NCBI GenBank assembly: GCA_965215145.1
Contig: OZ244038.1
Coordinates: 3,132,579 to 3,196,578, forward strand
Reading direction: 5' to 3'
Source: Rhodothermales bacterium
GTDB taxonomy: Bacteria; Bacteroidota; Rhodothermia; Rhodothermales; JANQRZ01
Length of the DNA stretch: 64,000 nt
A program made the position numbers and the translations under genes. This document shows, one piece after another, positions 11,601 to 19,552 of the stretch (position 1 is its first letter; each line of letters begins with the position of its first letter). The notes under the pieces are model-generated. The model was given only the letters and a program-made list of their open reading frames with translations. It was not told the DNA's origin and made no database searches.

Positions 11601-14460
11601 CGCCTACTGGCGCGCCCGCGGGCTCGAGGTCGACCTCGTGGTGATGAACGAGCACCCGCCCTCCTACGCCGACGAGCTCCAGCACGGCATCCAGCAAGAG
11701 GTCGAGGCGTCGCCGAGCCACGGGCTGCTGGACCAGCGCGGCGGCATCTTCGTCCGCCGCCGCGACGCGCTCCCGGAGGAGGACGTGACGCTCCTGATGA
11801 CGGCGGCCCGCGTCGTCCTCGACGGGAGGCTCCCCAAGCTCCCGACCGCGCCGGCGCAGAGCGGGCGGTCGCTCTCGGCCTTCACCGAGCCCGTCCCGGA
11901 GCCCGTCACCGAGAGCCTGCCCCGCCTCAGCGGGGAGCCGCCCGCGCTCACGGCCGGCGTCCGCCCCTCGCCGGCGCCGGCGAGTGCGTCCGAGCCGTCG
12001 GAGCTGACGTTCTTCAACGGGTACGGCGGGTTCGCCGAGGACGGGAGCGAGTACGTGATCCGCCTCCCCGCGCCCGACGGCACGCCGGCCACGCCGCTGC
12101 CGTGGACCAACGTCGTCGCCAACGCGCGGTGCGGGTTCACGGCGACCGAGCGCGGCGGCGGCTACACGTGGTACCGCAACAGCCAGCAGAACAAGCTCAC
12201 CCCCTGGAGCAACGACCCCGTCCTCGACCCGCTCGGGGAGGGGCTCTACCTCCGCGACGAGGACGACGGCGCCGCCTGGACGCTGCCGCCGCGCGACGGC
12301 GCCGCCTACGAGGTCCGCCACGGCTGGGGCTACACCGTCTACCACCACGAGCGCGACGGCGTCGAAGCCGAGGCCACGCTGTTCGTCCCCGAGGACGACC
12401 CCATCAAGATCGTCCGCGTCCGTCTCACGAACCGGAGCGGGCGGCCCCGCGCGCTCGCGCTCTACCGCTACGGGCGGTGGGTGATGGACGAGCAGCCCCG
12501 CCGGAGCGGCCCCTTCATCAAGGTCCGCACTGACCTCGGCACGGGCGCCCTCTTCGCCCGGAACCCCTACAACCAGACGTTCGGCGGCTACGTCGCCTTC
12601 GCCGACGCCGTCCGGCTCGGCGTGGGCGAGGACGACGCCCGCGAGGACGTCACGTTCACGGCCGACCGCACCGCCTTCCTCGGCCGCGGCGGCGACCCCG
12701 ACCGCCCCGCCGCCGTCCGCCGCGGCGGCGACCTCGACGGCACCGTCGGCGCGGGGTTCGACCCGTGCGCCGCGTTCCGCGTGCCCGTGACCCTCGCGCC
12801 CGGCGAGACGGCCGAGGTCGCCTTCCTCCTCGGCCAGGCCGACGGCCACGACGACGCCCGCGTCCTCATCGAGCGCTACCGTGAGCGGGACGCCATCGAG
12901 GCGGCGCTCGACGGGGTGAGGGCGTTCTGGCGCCAGACCCTCTCGGCCGTCCAGGTCGAGACGCCGTCCGCCGTGCTCGACACGCTGGTGAACGGGTGGC
13001 TCCTCTACCAGAACCTCGCGTGCCGGCTCTGGGGCCGGAGCGCGTTCTACCAGAGCGGCGGGGCCTACGGCTTCCGCGACCAGATCCAGGACGCCTGCGC
13101 CCTCGTCTACACCCGGCCCGACCTTTTACGCAATCAACTCCTGCTGCACGCCGCCCACCAGTTCGTCGAGGGCGACGTGCTGCACTGGTGGCACCAGGAG
13201 GTCGGCGCCGGCATCCGCTCGCGCTTCTCCGACGACCTCCTCTGGCTCCCCTACGCCACCGCCCGCTACCTCCGCACGACGGGGGACGCATCCGTGCTCG
13301 ACGAGCGGGCCCGGTTCATCACCGGCCGCCTGCTGGAGCCCGGCGAGGACGAGGCGTACATCAACCCCGAGACGGCCGCCGAGGACGGCACCCTCTTCGA
13401 GCACTGCTGCCGCGCCCTCGACCGCTCGCTCACGAAGGGGCCGCACGGCCTCCCCCTGATGGGCTCCGGCGACTGGAACGACGGGATGAACCGCGTCGGC
13501 AACGAGGGCACGGGGGAGAGCGTGTGGCTTGGGTTCTTCCTCTACCACATCCTCGACGACTTCGCGCCCCTCTGCGACGAGCGTGGGGAGACGGAGCGCG
13601 CCGCCGCCTACCGCGCCCACCGCGCCCACCTCCAGCACGCCCTCAACGACGCCGGCTGGGACGGGGCGTGGTACCGCCGCGCGTTCTACGACGACGGCAC
13701 GCCGCTCGGCTCGAAGCAGAACCGGGAGTGCCGGATCGACGCCATCGCGCAGGGGTGGAGCGTGATCTCGGGCGTGGCCCCGGACGCCCGCGCCGAGCGC
13801 GCCCTCGGCTCCGCCGAGGCCCTGCTGATCGACGAGGACGCCCGCCTGATCCGGCTGCTGACGCCGCCGTTCGATACGACCGAGCACGACCCCGGCTACA
13901 TCAAGGGCTACGTGCCGGGCGTCCGCGAGAACGGCGGGCAGTACACCCACGGGGTCCTCTGGCTCGTCCGCGCCCTCGCCGAGCGCGGCCACGGCTCCCG
14001 CGCCGCCGCGCTGCTGGAGATGATCACGCCGCTCAGCCACGGGAGCACCCGCGCCCGCGCCGACCGCTTCAAGACCGAGCCCTACGCCGTCGCCGCCGAC
14101 GTGTACTCGGTGGCGCCGCACGTCGGGCGGGGGGGGTGGACGTGGTACACCGGCTCGGCGGGGTGGACGTACCGCGTGGCCGTCGAGAGCATCCTCGGGC
14201 TCGGCGTCGAGGGCGGGCGGACGCTCCGCCTCGACCCCCGCATCCCGCGGGAGTGGGACGGCTACGGCCTCACCCTCCGCCACGGCGCGGCGAGCTACGC
14301 CGTCCGCGTCGAGAACCCGGAGGGCGTGCAGCGCGGGGTGGTCTCCATCGAGGTAGACGGGGAGCCGGTGGCGCCGGAGGGCGGCGTGGCCCGCATCCCG
14401 CTGGAAGACGACGGGCGGGAGCACCGCGTCCGCGTCGTCCTCGGCGGGGAGGCCGGGTAG
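5608..14460 (+). CDS. ndvB: Cyclic beta-1,2-glucan synthase (GT84 glycosyltransferase + cyclisation domain + GH94 phosphorylase-like domain)
   Basis: Giant ORF (track 5509..14460; the TTG at 5509 or the ATG at 5608 could be the start). The NdvB/Cgs-type N-terminus is present (AAEWLLDNFYLIRAQ). There is a glycosyltransferase block (ITLDADTQLP ... SHDLLEG) flanked by TM segments. The middle (alpha/alpha)6-type region shows TSPTNIGLGLLA, GHFFNWY, STVDSGNL and GPYGFYEAVDY. The C-terminal GH94-like region shows FYQSGGAYGFRDQIQD, GSGDWNDGMN and ENGGQYTHG. Confidence 0.9.
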   Translation: MLDAPNAAILSADPPPVESGYDPKRLEEPARALARRQSVTEGRRFGRPPRLVLREAYRGLPEAYHELNEAARRGITVTPAAEWLLDNFYLIRAQQQQVREDLPWAFYRTLPKLDRGPYRGLPRVHELAHELAGLTDNAIDEDRLTRFVGAFEEGAPLLIGELWALPSTLRLVLLERLSGLAQRVVDDLGEQEAAAGWAARIAEAAAADPSGVVVTLAEMVERHAPLSAPFAVALATSLQTQGPGGAEAIEWLKQRLRARGLSLDEMMRREGQRQAHRQASVANAINALRWTDGADWALLVEGLSVVERVLRRDPAGVYAEMDFATRDRYRRRVEALARHAPATEVGVAERAVALAAAAPPEEPPAAESREGMVPGAPERFPLLSLHDHIGTYLVGREERVLEREVGYRPPLGARLRRGARRNAGVAYLLVFLPSFALLMLGAWGLAAEADAPAWAVALAVAAALLPAFDLALALTNWGFTRVLPPEPLPKMAFERGIPEDCRTFVVVPTLVTSPENARQQVQQLEVQALANPDPMLRFALLTDFTDAPEPAMPGDEATLAAAVEAVRALNRRHRDARGDKFFLLHRERRWNPQEGAYMGWERKRGKLEEFNRLLRDPAARAEPGAETSYVLVEGDVAQAAAGTAVRYVITLDADTQLPPRAATDLVRTAAHPLNRPRYNPRRQRVTAGYGVLQPRVGIRAEAGFRTPFAQLFSGNVGVDPYTTAVSDLYQDLFGVGIFTGKGLYDVDAFHAALGGVIPENAVLSHDLLEGAHARTALATDVLLFDDYPSHYAAFAKRLHRWVRGDWQILPWLLPVAPTAGGGWRRNPLGVLGRWQIFDNLRRSLTPPALLVFLALAWTVLPGPALLWTLLALGAIAFPIYAPFTSALLAHPRDAVWSSYLLGALSDAKQSTLQVGLSVAFLAHEAFLMVDAIVRTLWRMARGRRLLEWVTAHQAEQGGGDAPGIWLSPAWGVLVLAAVALVSPTALPLAVPFCLAWIAAPWIARWTGRPVERDTFEPSAEERARLRLTARRTWRYFDDFMTAADRFLPPDNYQENPHRGLARRTSPTNIGLGLLAVQTAVDFGYLAREEGLGRIEAALDTLEELPRHKGHFFNWYSTETGGVLHPRYVSTVDSGNLMGALLTLKQGLLETPRAPWPDPALFAGLRDTLGALEETLDRPRADPESIELVRETTDRFRAALDEPGGGASGDPAAEHFARVRALVSPAADLVEAADATEFRSEGDIRELRYWAAQPLSRLLAERAAFERLAPWLTASEGGDGAPEAVAGAKTLGGLRAAAQATAGGDGGSRAPVAVALGAAEAAEALVRRAERLAERAEALALAMDFRPLYDAKAGLFAIGLNADTGARDDSFYNLLASEARLASLLAIARAHVPPKHWFRLGRPTTTIGSRRVLLSWTGTMFEYLMPLLFTRTYEGSLLGEACASAVSVQRHYGRRRGHPWGVSESAVFELDLHLTYQYRAFGVPGLGLKRGLAEDDVIAPYATALALMVRPGSAVRNLARLRETGAYGPYGFYEAVDYTKKRLPPGQELAVIGAYMAHHQGMTLLAIQNLLADGVVQRRFHREPLVRSVEALLQEQAPKQIERVPLPDEMEEMDPVSPQTVTGASQRIGPERLTDPTPHGVLLSNGRLASLVTAAGAGYARYDGLAVTRWRPDRTREQDGPFLYVRDLDTGRAWCAGRQPVTDARPEEYEAWFHTARAEIRRVDDGVEVKTEVCVSPEDDVEVRRYTLTNRSDRPRWLELTSYAEVVLYPPEADLGHPAFSKLFVRTEHVREHHALLATRRSRSEHDRLLWLFHAVADERPELVDGPLQLETDRAQFIGRGRDLEDPAALTGPLSGTVGPVLDPIVSLRRRITLPPHARASVAFTTGVAETRDEAVRLADRYDHPAAAQRAFELAEVYGLVELQHLGLTGEQALLAQHLATGLRYGNPALRADETLLLRNRRAQPGLWAYGISGDLPVLLFRIGQTDEVPALRMLLRMHAYWRARGLEVDLVVMNEHPPSYADELQHGIQQEVEASPSHGLLDQRGGIFVRRRDALPEEDVTLLMTAARVVLDGRLPKLPTAPAQSGRSLSAFTEPVPEPVTESLPRLSGEPPALTAGVRPSPAPASASEPSELTFFNGYGGFAEDGSEYVIRLPAPDGTPATPLPWTNVVANARCGFTATERGGGYTWYRNSQQNKLTPWSNDPVLDPLGEGLYLRDEDDGAAWTLPPRDGAAYEVRHGWGYTVYHHERDGVEAEATLFVPEDDPIKIVRVRLTNRSGRPRALALYRYGRWVMDEQPRRSGPFIKVRTDLGTGALFARNPYNQTFGGYVAFADAVRLGVGEDDAREDVTFTADRTAFLGRGGDPDRPAAVRRGGDLDGTVGAGFDPCAAFRVPVTLAPGETAEVAFLLGQADGHDDARVLIERYRERDAIEAALDGVRAFWRQTLSAVQVETPSAVLDTLVNGWLLYQNLACRLWGRSAFYQSGGAYGFRDQIQDACALVYTRPDLLRNQLLLHAAHQFVEGDVLHWWHQEVGAGIRSRFSDDLLWLPYATARYLRTTGDASVLDERARFITGRLLEPGEDEAYINPETAAEDGTLFEHCCRALDRSLTKGPHGLPLMGSGDWNDGMNRVGNEGTGESVWLGFFLYHILDDFAPLCDERGETERAAAYRAHRAHLQHALNDAGWDGAWYRRAFYDDGTPLGSKQNRECRIDAIAQGWSVISGVAPDARAERALGSAEALLIDEDARLIRLLTPPFDTTEHDPGYIKGYVPGVRENGGQYTHGVLWLVRALAERGHGSRAAALLEMITPLSHGSTRARADRFKTEPYAVAADVYSVAPHVGRGGWTWYTGSAGWTYRVAVESILGLGVEGGRTLRLDPRIPREWDGYGLTLRHGAASYAVRVENPEGVQRGVVSIEVDGEPVAPEGGVARIPLEDDGREHRVRVVLGGEAG

Positions 14461-14715
14461 GGGCTCGATGCATCGTGCCCCTACGCCACGGTGGCGGGCC
14501 ACCGCCCCTATGACCGCGGCTGCGGCATCGCATCGGCGGGCCGGCATCCCCGCTGCGCTCAGGAGACGGGGGTGGGGCGGCCGCGGCACGGGAGGCTAAA
14601 CTAGCTCCCATCAGCACGTCATCTTTCGTATGTTGGCGCGTAGGTCTTCCCCCCCCCCTCCTTATCGGGGATTCCCCCATCTAGCGGCCAAGTCTGGAGC
14701 CGTCGAGGTCCCACC

Positions 14716-17700
14716 ATGTCGGCAGACGACCCGCACCCGCAGCAAGGAGACGACGCGCCAGGAGACGGCCCGCGCAGAGGCAGCCCAGGAGAGAACGGGG
14801 AGGCCAGCGAGGGCGCCGAGGTGGCCTCCGGCACGAAGGAGCGCCCCATCGTGGCGGGCATCGGCGCCTCGGCCGGGGGGGTCGAGGCGTTGCAGGCGTT
14901 CTTCGAGGCCGTGCCCGAGGGGCTGGGCGTGGCCTTCGTCGTCGTCATCCACCTCTCGCCCGAGCACCGGAGCGAGCTGGCCGCCATCCTCGACCGCACG
15001 ACGCACCTCACCGTGCAGCAGGTCGAGGGCACGATGGACCTCGAGGGGGACTGCGTCTACGTGATCCCGCCGGGCCGGCGGCTCGAGATCACCGACACCT
15101 CCGTCGGCGCGTTCCCGTTCGAGGAGCCGCGCGGGCAGCGCGCCCCGATCGACGCCTTCTTCCGCTCGCTCGCCGTCCAGCACGGCGACGGCTTCGGGGT
15201 GATCCTCACCGGCGGCGGCTCCGACGGGGCCGTCGGCGTCAAGGCCATCAAGGAGGCCGGTGGGCTGATCCTCGTCCAGGACCCCGACGAGGCCGCCTTC
15301 GACTCGATGCCGCGGGCCGCCATCGCCACCGAGGTCGCCGACCTCGTGCTGCCGGTGCGCGACCTCGCCGCGCGCCTCGCCGACCTCACCCACACCAAGC
15401 GCCGCATCCGCGAGACCCTCGGCACCGGCGCGCCGGCCCCGCTCGACGGCGACGGCGAGGAGGCCCTCGGCCGCATCCTCACCCACCTCCACGCCCGCAC
15501 CGGGCACGACTTCTCGAAGTACAAGCGCTCGACGGTGCTCCGCCGCGTCGGCCGCCGGATGCAGGTCCACCGCAAGGAGACGCTGAAGGACTACCTCGCC
15601 TTCCTGCGCCAGCACGTCGAGGAGGCGCAGGCGCTCTTCGAGGACCTGCTGATCTCGGTGACGACGTTCTTCCGCGACCCCGAGGCGTGGGCGGCGCTCG
15701 CCGAGGCCGTCATCCCGCAGCTCTTCGACGGCCTGCCCCGCTCCGGGCCCGAGGCGCAGGAGGAGCCGCTGCGGCTGTGGGTCCCCGGCTGCGCCACGGG
15801 CGAGGAGGCGTACTCGCTCGCCATCCTCCTGCTCGAGGAGGCCGAGCGCCGGGACGTCTGGCCCGAGGTCCAGGTCTTCGCCTCCGACCTCGACGCGGGC
15901 GGCCTCGCCACGGCCCGCGGGGGCCGCTACCCCGCCGCCATCGAGGCCGACCTCGCGCCCGAGCGCCTCCGCCGCTTCTTCGTCCGGGAGGGCGACCACT
16001 ACCGCGTCACGAAGGAGGTCCGCGACTGCGTGCTCTTCGCCCAGCACAGCCTGCTCCGGGACCCGCCGTTCTCGCGGCTCGACCTCGTCTCCTGCCGGAA
16101 CCTCCTGATCTACCTCGACCGCGACCTCCAGCGGCAGGTCTTCGGCATCCTCCACTACGCGCTCCGGCCGGGCGGCTTCCTGTTCCTCGGCTCCTCCGAG
16201 GCCGCCGAGGGCGACTACTTCCGCACGCTCGACAAGCGGCACCGCCTCTTCCAGGCGCGCGAGGCCACGGGCGAGCCGAGCCGCCTCCCCGAGCTGCTCG
16301 TCGCGGCGCCGCGCCTGCGCACGCCCGCCGAGCACGAGCGCGCCCACCGCGAGCCGCCCCCGCCCCGCACCCTCCACCAGGCGCTCCTCGAGGACCTCGC
16401 CCCGCCGAGCCTCGTCGTGGACGAGCGCCGCCAGGTGCTCCACCTCTCCGAGACCGCCGGCCGCTTCCTCCAGCCCCCCGGCGGCGCGCCCACCCGCGAC
16501 GCGACGGAGCTCGTCCGGCCCGAGCTGCGGGCCGAGCTGCGGGCGGCGCTCTTCCGCGCCTTCGAGCACGACGAGCGGACGCTCTCGCCGTTCGTCCCCG
16601 TGCGGTTCAACGGGACGCCCCGGCGCGTGGCCCTCCTCGTCCGCCCCCGCCCCGGCGAGGGCGCCGGCCAGCCCCGCCCCAGCGGGGAGCGCCTCGCCCT
16701 GGTGGTGTTCGTCGAGGGCGGCGAGGCCGTGCTCGGGGCCGCCGAGGGCGAGGTCTCGGAGGAGGCCGTGCAGGGGCTCCAGGCCGAGCTCCGGCAGACG
16801 CAGGGCCGGATGCGGGCGGCGCGCGAGGAGCACGAGGCCACGGTCGAGGAGCTGCGCGCCGCCAACGAGGAGCTCCAGAGCATCAACGAGGAGCACCGCT
16901 CGACGGCCGAGGAGCTCGAGACGAGCAAGGAGGAGCTGCAGTCCATCAACGAGGAGCTCCAGACGGTCAACAACGAGCTCAAGAGCAAGCTCGACGAGCT
17001 CGCGCGCGCCTACGGCGACCTCGAGAACCTCATGGTCGCCACCGAGATCGGCACGCTCTTCCTCGACCGGCACCTCCGCATCCAGCGCTTCACCCCGCAG
17101 GTCGCCGACCTCTTCAACATCACCCTCAGCGACCGCGGGCGCCCCATCGCCGACTTCACCCACCGCCTCCACTACGACGGCCTCGACGCCGACGCCCGCG
17201 CCGTGCTCGACGACCTCCAGCCGGTCGAGCGCGAGGTCCGCAGCGAGGACGGGCGGTGGTTCCTCGCCCGGCTCCGCCCCTACCGCACCGTCGAGGACAA
17301 GATCGACGGCGTGGTGGCGACGTTCGTGGACGTCACCGGGCGGCGCGAGGCCGAGGAGGCCCTGCGCGCCGCCCGCCACCGCCTCGAGCAGACCCTCGAG
17401 CACCTCCCCGCCGGCGTCGTCCTCGCCGACACCGCCGGCGCCCTCGTCTACGGCAACCCGACCGTCGAGCGCATCTTCGCCCGGCCGTTCATCGAGACGG
17501 GCGCCTTCGAGGAGTACGGCCGGTGGCCGCTCTTCCGCCCCGACGCCGACGAGCCGTTCCCGCTGGACCGGATGCCGATGACGCGCTCGCTCACCGAGGG
17601 CGTGGTCGTCACCGGCGAGGAGATGCGGGTCCGGCGGCCCGACGGCTCGTTCCGGCACGTCGTCGTCAACACCGCCCCGATCCTCGGCGAGGATGGCCGC

Positions 17701-18843
17701 CCCGTCTACGGCGTGGCCGCCTTCATCGACGTCACCGCGCGGCGCGCGGCCGAGGAGGCGCTGCGCCAGAGCGAGGAGCGCTACCGGCTCCTCTTCGAGG
17801 GCGTCGAGGAGTACGCCATCTTCACCACCGACCCCGCCGGCGCCATCACGACGTGGAACTCCGGGGCCGAGGCCCTCTTCGGCTACCCCGACGCCGAGGC
17901 CCTCGGCCGGCCCGGCGCGATGCTCTTCACGGAGGAGGACCGCGAAGCCGGCGTGCCGGAGCGCGAGATGGCGACGGCGGCCAAGACCGGCACCGCCAGC
18001 GACGACCGCTGGCACGTCCGCCAGGACGGCTCGCGCTTCTGGGCCTCCGGCGTGCTGACGGCGCTCGACGGCGCCGGGGGCGACCTCCGCGGCTTCGCCA
18101 AGGTGCTCCGCGACAACACCCAGCGCAAGGAGGCCGAGGACGCCCTGCGTTGGGCCAAGGAGACCCTCGAGGTGCGCGTGGCCGAGGCGGCGGGGCAGGT
18201 CCGCGAGCTCGCCGCGCGGCTGACGGTCGCCGAGCAGGAGGAGCGCCAGCGCGTCGCGCAGGTCCTCCACGACGACCTCCAGCAGCTCCTCTTCGGCGTC
18301 CAGATGCAGCTCGCCGCCTGCCTCCGCAGCGCCGAGGCGGCCGACCCCGAGGCGCTCGCCGCCGAGGTCCGCCAAGCCGACGCGTGGCTCGACGACGCCA
18401 TCGAGACGACGCGGCGGCTCACGGTGGACATCAGCCCGCCCCTGCTCCAGGGCGAGGGGCTCGCCCAGGCGCTCGAGTGGCTCGTGGCGCAGATGGAGAC
18501 GGTCCACGGCCTCCGCGTCGAGGTCCGCGCCGAGCGGGACCTCCCGATCCCCGGCGACGCCATGCGCATCCTCCTCTTCCAGGTTCTCCGCGAGCTCCTC
18601 TTCAACGTCGTCAAGCACGCCGACACCGACCGCGCCACCGTCACCCTCCACGACGGCGACGGCCTCACGATCACCGTCGCGGACGACGGCGACGGGTTCG
18701 ACCCGTCGGCGGTCGAGGGCGGCACGGGGTTCGGGCTGTTCGGCGCCCGCGAGCGGCTCCGCTTCTTCGGCGGGCGGATGGAGGTCGAGGCCGCGCCGGG
18801 CGAGGGCACGCGCGTGCGGCTCCACGTCCCGCTGCCGGAGTGA
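14716..18843 (+). CDS. Hybrid CheB-methylesterase / CheR-methyltransferase / PAS / histidine kinase sensor protein
   Basis: CheB-like region: IVAGIGASAGGVEAL..., VVIHLSP. CheR-like SAM region: LWVPGCATGEEAYSLAILL, CRNLLIYL. The characteristic coiled coil EELRAANEELQSINEE...ELQTVNNEL is present, followed by several PAS-like repeats. HisKA_3-type H-box: ERQRVAQVLHDDLQQ. HATPase G-box: GTGFGLFGARERL. Confidence 0.9.
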   Translation: MSADDPHPQQGDDAPGDGPRRGSPGENGEASEGAEVASGTKERPIVAGIGASAGGVEALQAFFEAVPEGLGVAFVVVIHLSPEHRSELAAILDRTTHLTVQQVEGTMDLEGDCVYVIPPGRRLEITDTSVGAFPFEEPRGQRAPIDAFFRSLAVQHGDGFGVILTGGGSDGAVGVKAIKEAGGLILVQDPDEAAFDSMPRAAIATEVADLVLPVRDLAARLADLTHTKRRIRETLGTGAPAPLDGDGEEALGRILTHLHARTGHDFSKYKRSTVLRRVGRRMQVHRKETLKDYLAFLRQHVEEAQALFEDLLISVTTFFRDPEAWAALAEAVIPQLFDGLPRSGPEAQEEPLRLWVPGCATGEEAYSLAILLLEEAERRDVWPEVQVFASDLDAGGLATARGGRYPAAIEADLAPERLRRFFVREGDHYRVTKEVRDCVLFAQHSLLRDPPFSRLDLVSCRNLLIYLDRDLQRQVFGILHYALRPGGFLFLGSSEAAEGDYFRTLDKRHRLFQAREATGEPSRLPELLVAAPRLRTPAEHERAHREPPPPRTLHQALLEDLAPPSLVVDERRQVLHLSETAGRFLQPPGGAPTRDATELVRPELRAELRAALFRAFEHDERTLSPFVPVRFNGTPRRVALLVRPRPGEGAGQPRPSGERLALVVFVEGGEAVLGAAEGEVSEEAVQGLQAELRQTQGRMRAAREEHEATVEELRAANEELQSINEEHRSTAEELETSKEELQSINEELQTVNNELKSKLDELARAYGDLENLMVATEIGTLFLDRHLRIQRFTPQVADLFNITLSDRGRPIADFTHRLHYDGLDADARAVLDDLQPVEREVRSEDGRWFLARLRPYRTVEDKIDGVVATFVDVTGRREAEEALRAARHRLEQTLEHLPAGVVLADTAGALVYGNPTVERIFARPFIETGAFEEYGRWPLFRPDADEPFPLDRMPMTRSLTEGVVVTGEEMRVRRPDGSFRHVVVNTAPILGEDGRPVYGVAAFIDVTARRAAEEALRQSEERYRLLFEGVEEYAIFTTDPAGAITTWNSGAEALFGYPDAEALGRPGAMLFTEEDREAGVPEREMATAAKTGTASDDRWHVRQDGSRFWASGVLTALDGAGGDLRGFAKVLRDNTQRKEAEDALRWAKETLEVRVAEAAGQVRELAARLTVAEQEERQRVAQVLHDDLQQLLFGVQMQLAACLRSAEAADPEALAAEVRQADAWLDDAIETTRRLTVDISPPLLQGEGLAQALEWLVAQMETVHGLRVEVRAERDLPIPGDAMRILLFQVLRELLFNVVKHADTDRATVTLHDGDGLTITVADDGDGFDPSAVEGGTGFGLFGARERLRFFGGRMEVEAAPGEGTRVRLHVPLPE

Positions 18844-18886
18844 TGCCGCTCCCCCGGGTCGGTGGTGCCCCCGCGCATTGTAGGGG

Positions 18887-18923
18887 CGGACATCCGGGTC
18901 CGAGGGCGGGCCGCGCTCGGCCC
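18887..18923. terminator. GC-rich hairpins (REP-like) downstream of the kinase gene
   Basis: GTAGGGGCGGAC-ATCCGG-GTCCG (5-bp stem, 18887-18902) is followed by GGGCCG-CGCT-CGGCCC (6-bp stem, 18908-18923), starting about 40 nt after the stop at 18843. There is no U-tract, so terminator function is only inferred. Confidence 0.3.
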
Positions 18924-19059
18924 GTCTTGAGCACTCCCGGAAACCCTCCTTCTCGCTGAGCGGCCGGGGGGGAGGTGAAACGCCGGGACCGAGAATGGGG
19001 GAATCCCGCGTGGGGCTCGGCCGTAACCCCGCCCTCCATCTTTTACCCCTGCCCCCTCC

Positions 19060-19521
19060 GTGTCCGCCCGCGTCTTCCTCGTCGAGGACCACCCCCTCAT
19101 GCTCCAGGCGACGAGCCAGTTCGTCGGGAGCCTCCCCGGCTTCGAGGCCGTCGGCGGCGCCGCCACGGCCGAGGCCGCGCTCGACGCCCTCACCGGGGCG
19201 GCGGCCGGGGCAGCGGATGCCGCGCCCGCCGTGGACGGCCCCGACCTCGTCCTTGCCGACGTGTCGCTGCCGGGGATGAGCGGGATCGAGCTCGTCGCGG
19301 CGCTGCGGGAGCGGCGGCCGGGGCTCCCGTGCCTGATGTTCTCCGCCCACCAGGAGGCGTCCTACGCTGAGCGGGCGCTCGCGGCCGGCGCGCGGGGCTA
19401 CGTCGTGAAGGGCCGGCTGGCGGACCTCGAGGAGGGGCTGCGGACGGCGCTCGCCGGGGAGGTCTACCTCAGCCCACCGCTCCGCGAGAAGCTCCGCGCC
19501 CGCTCCGGGTTCGGGACGTGA
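19060..19521 (+). CDS. Response regulator, receiver domain only
   Basis: VFLVEDHPLM (acidic pocket), LVLADVSLPGMSG (phospho-acceptor Asp) and YVVKG (conserved Lys). No recognisable DNA-binding output domain in the 153 aa. Confidence 0.85.
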   Translation: MSARVFLVEDHPLMLQATSQFVGSLPGFEAVGGAATAEAALDALTGAAAGAADAAPAVDGPDLVLADVSLPGMSGIELVAALRERRPGLPCLMFSAHQEASYAERALAAGARGYVVKGRLADLEEGLRTALAGEVYLSPPLREKLRARSGFGT

Positions 19522-19530
19522 GGCTGGGTG

Positions 19531-19552
19531 GGGGCACGGCGCGCCGTGCCCC
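19531..19552. terminator. Perfect 22-bp GC-rich palindrome between convergent genes (candidate bidirectional terminator / REP)
   Basis: GGGGCACGGCGCGCCGTGCCCC is its own reverse complement. It sits 10 nt after the response-regulator stop (19521) and abuts the TAG of the convergent GH144-like gene (19552-19554). Confidence 0.5.

Noticed and set aside
5503-12849. Very long minus-strand ORFs (5503..9249, 1248 aa; 9343..12849, 1168 aa), plus the long plus-strand out-of-frame ORF 5853..12533
   Set aside because: They are antisense to or out of frame with the cyclic glucan synthase gene. Their translations are Arg/Pro/Gly/Ala-rich low-complexity strings with no motifs. This is the expected stop-codon-poor shadow ORF pattern in ~70% GC DNA.
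14662-19350. 1562-aa minus-strand ORF opposite the CheB/CheR kinase, and the 1090-aa plus-strand ORF 15687..18959
   Set aside because: No recognisable domains and extreme Arg/Gly/Pro content. The kinase frame carries all the conserved motifs, so these are shadow ORFs.
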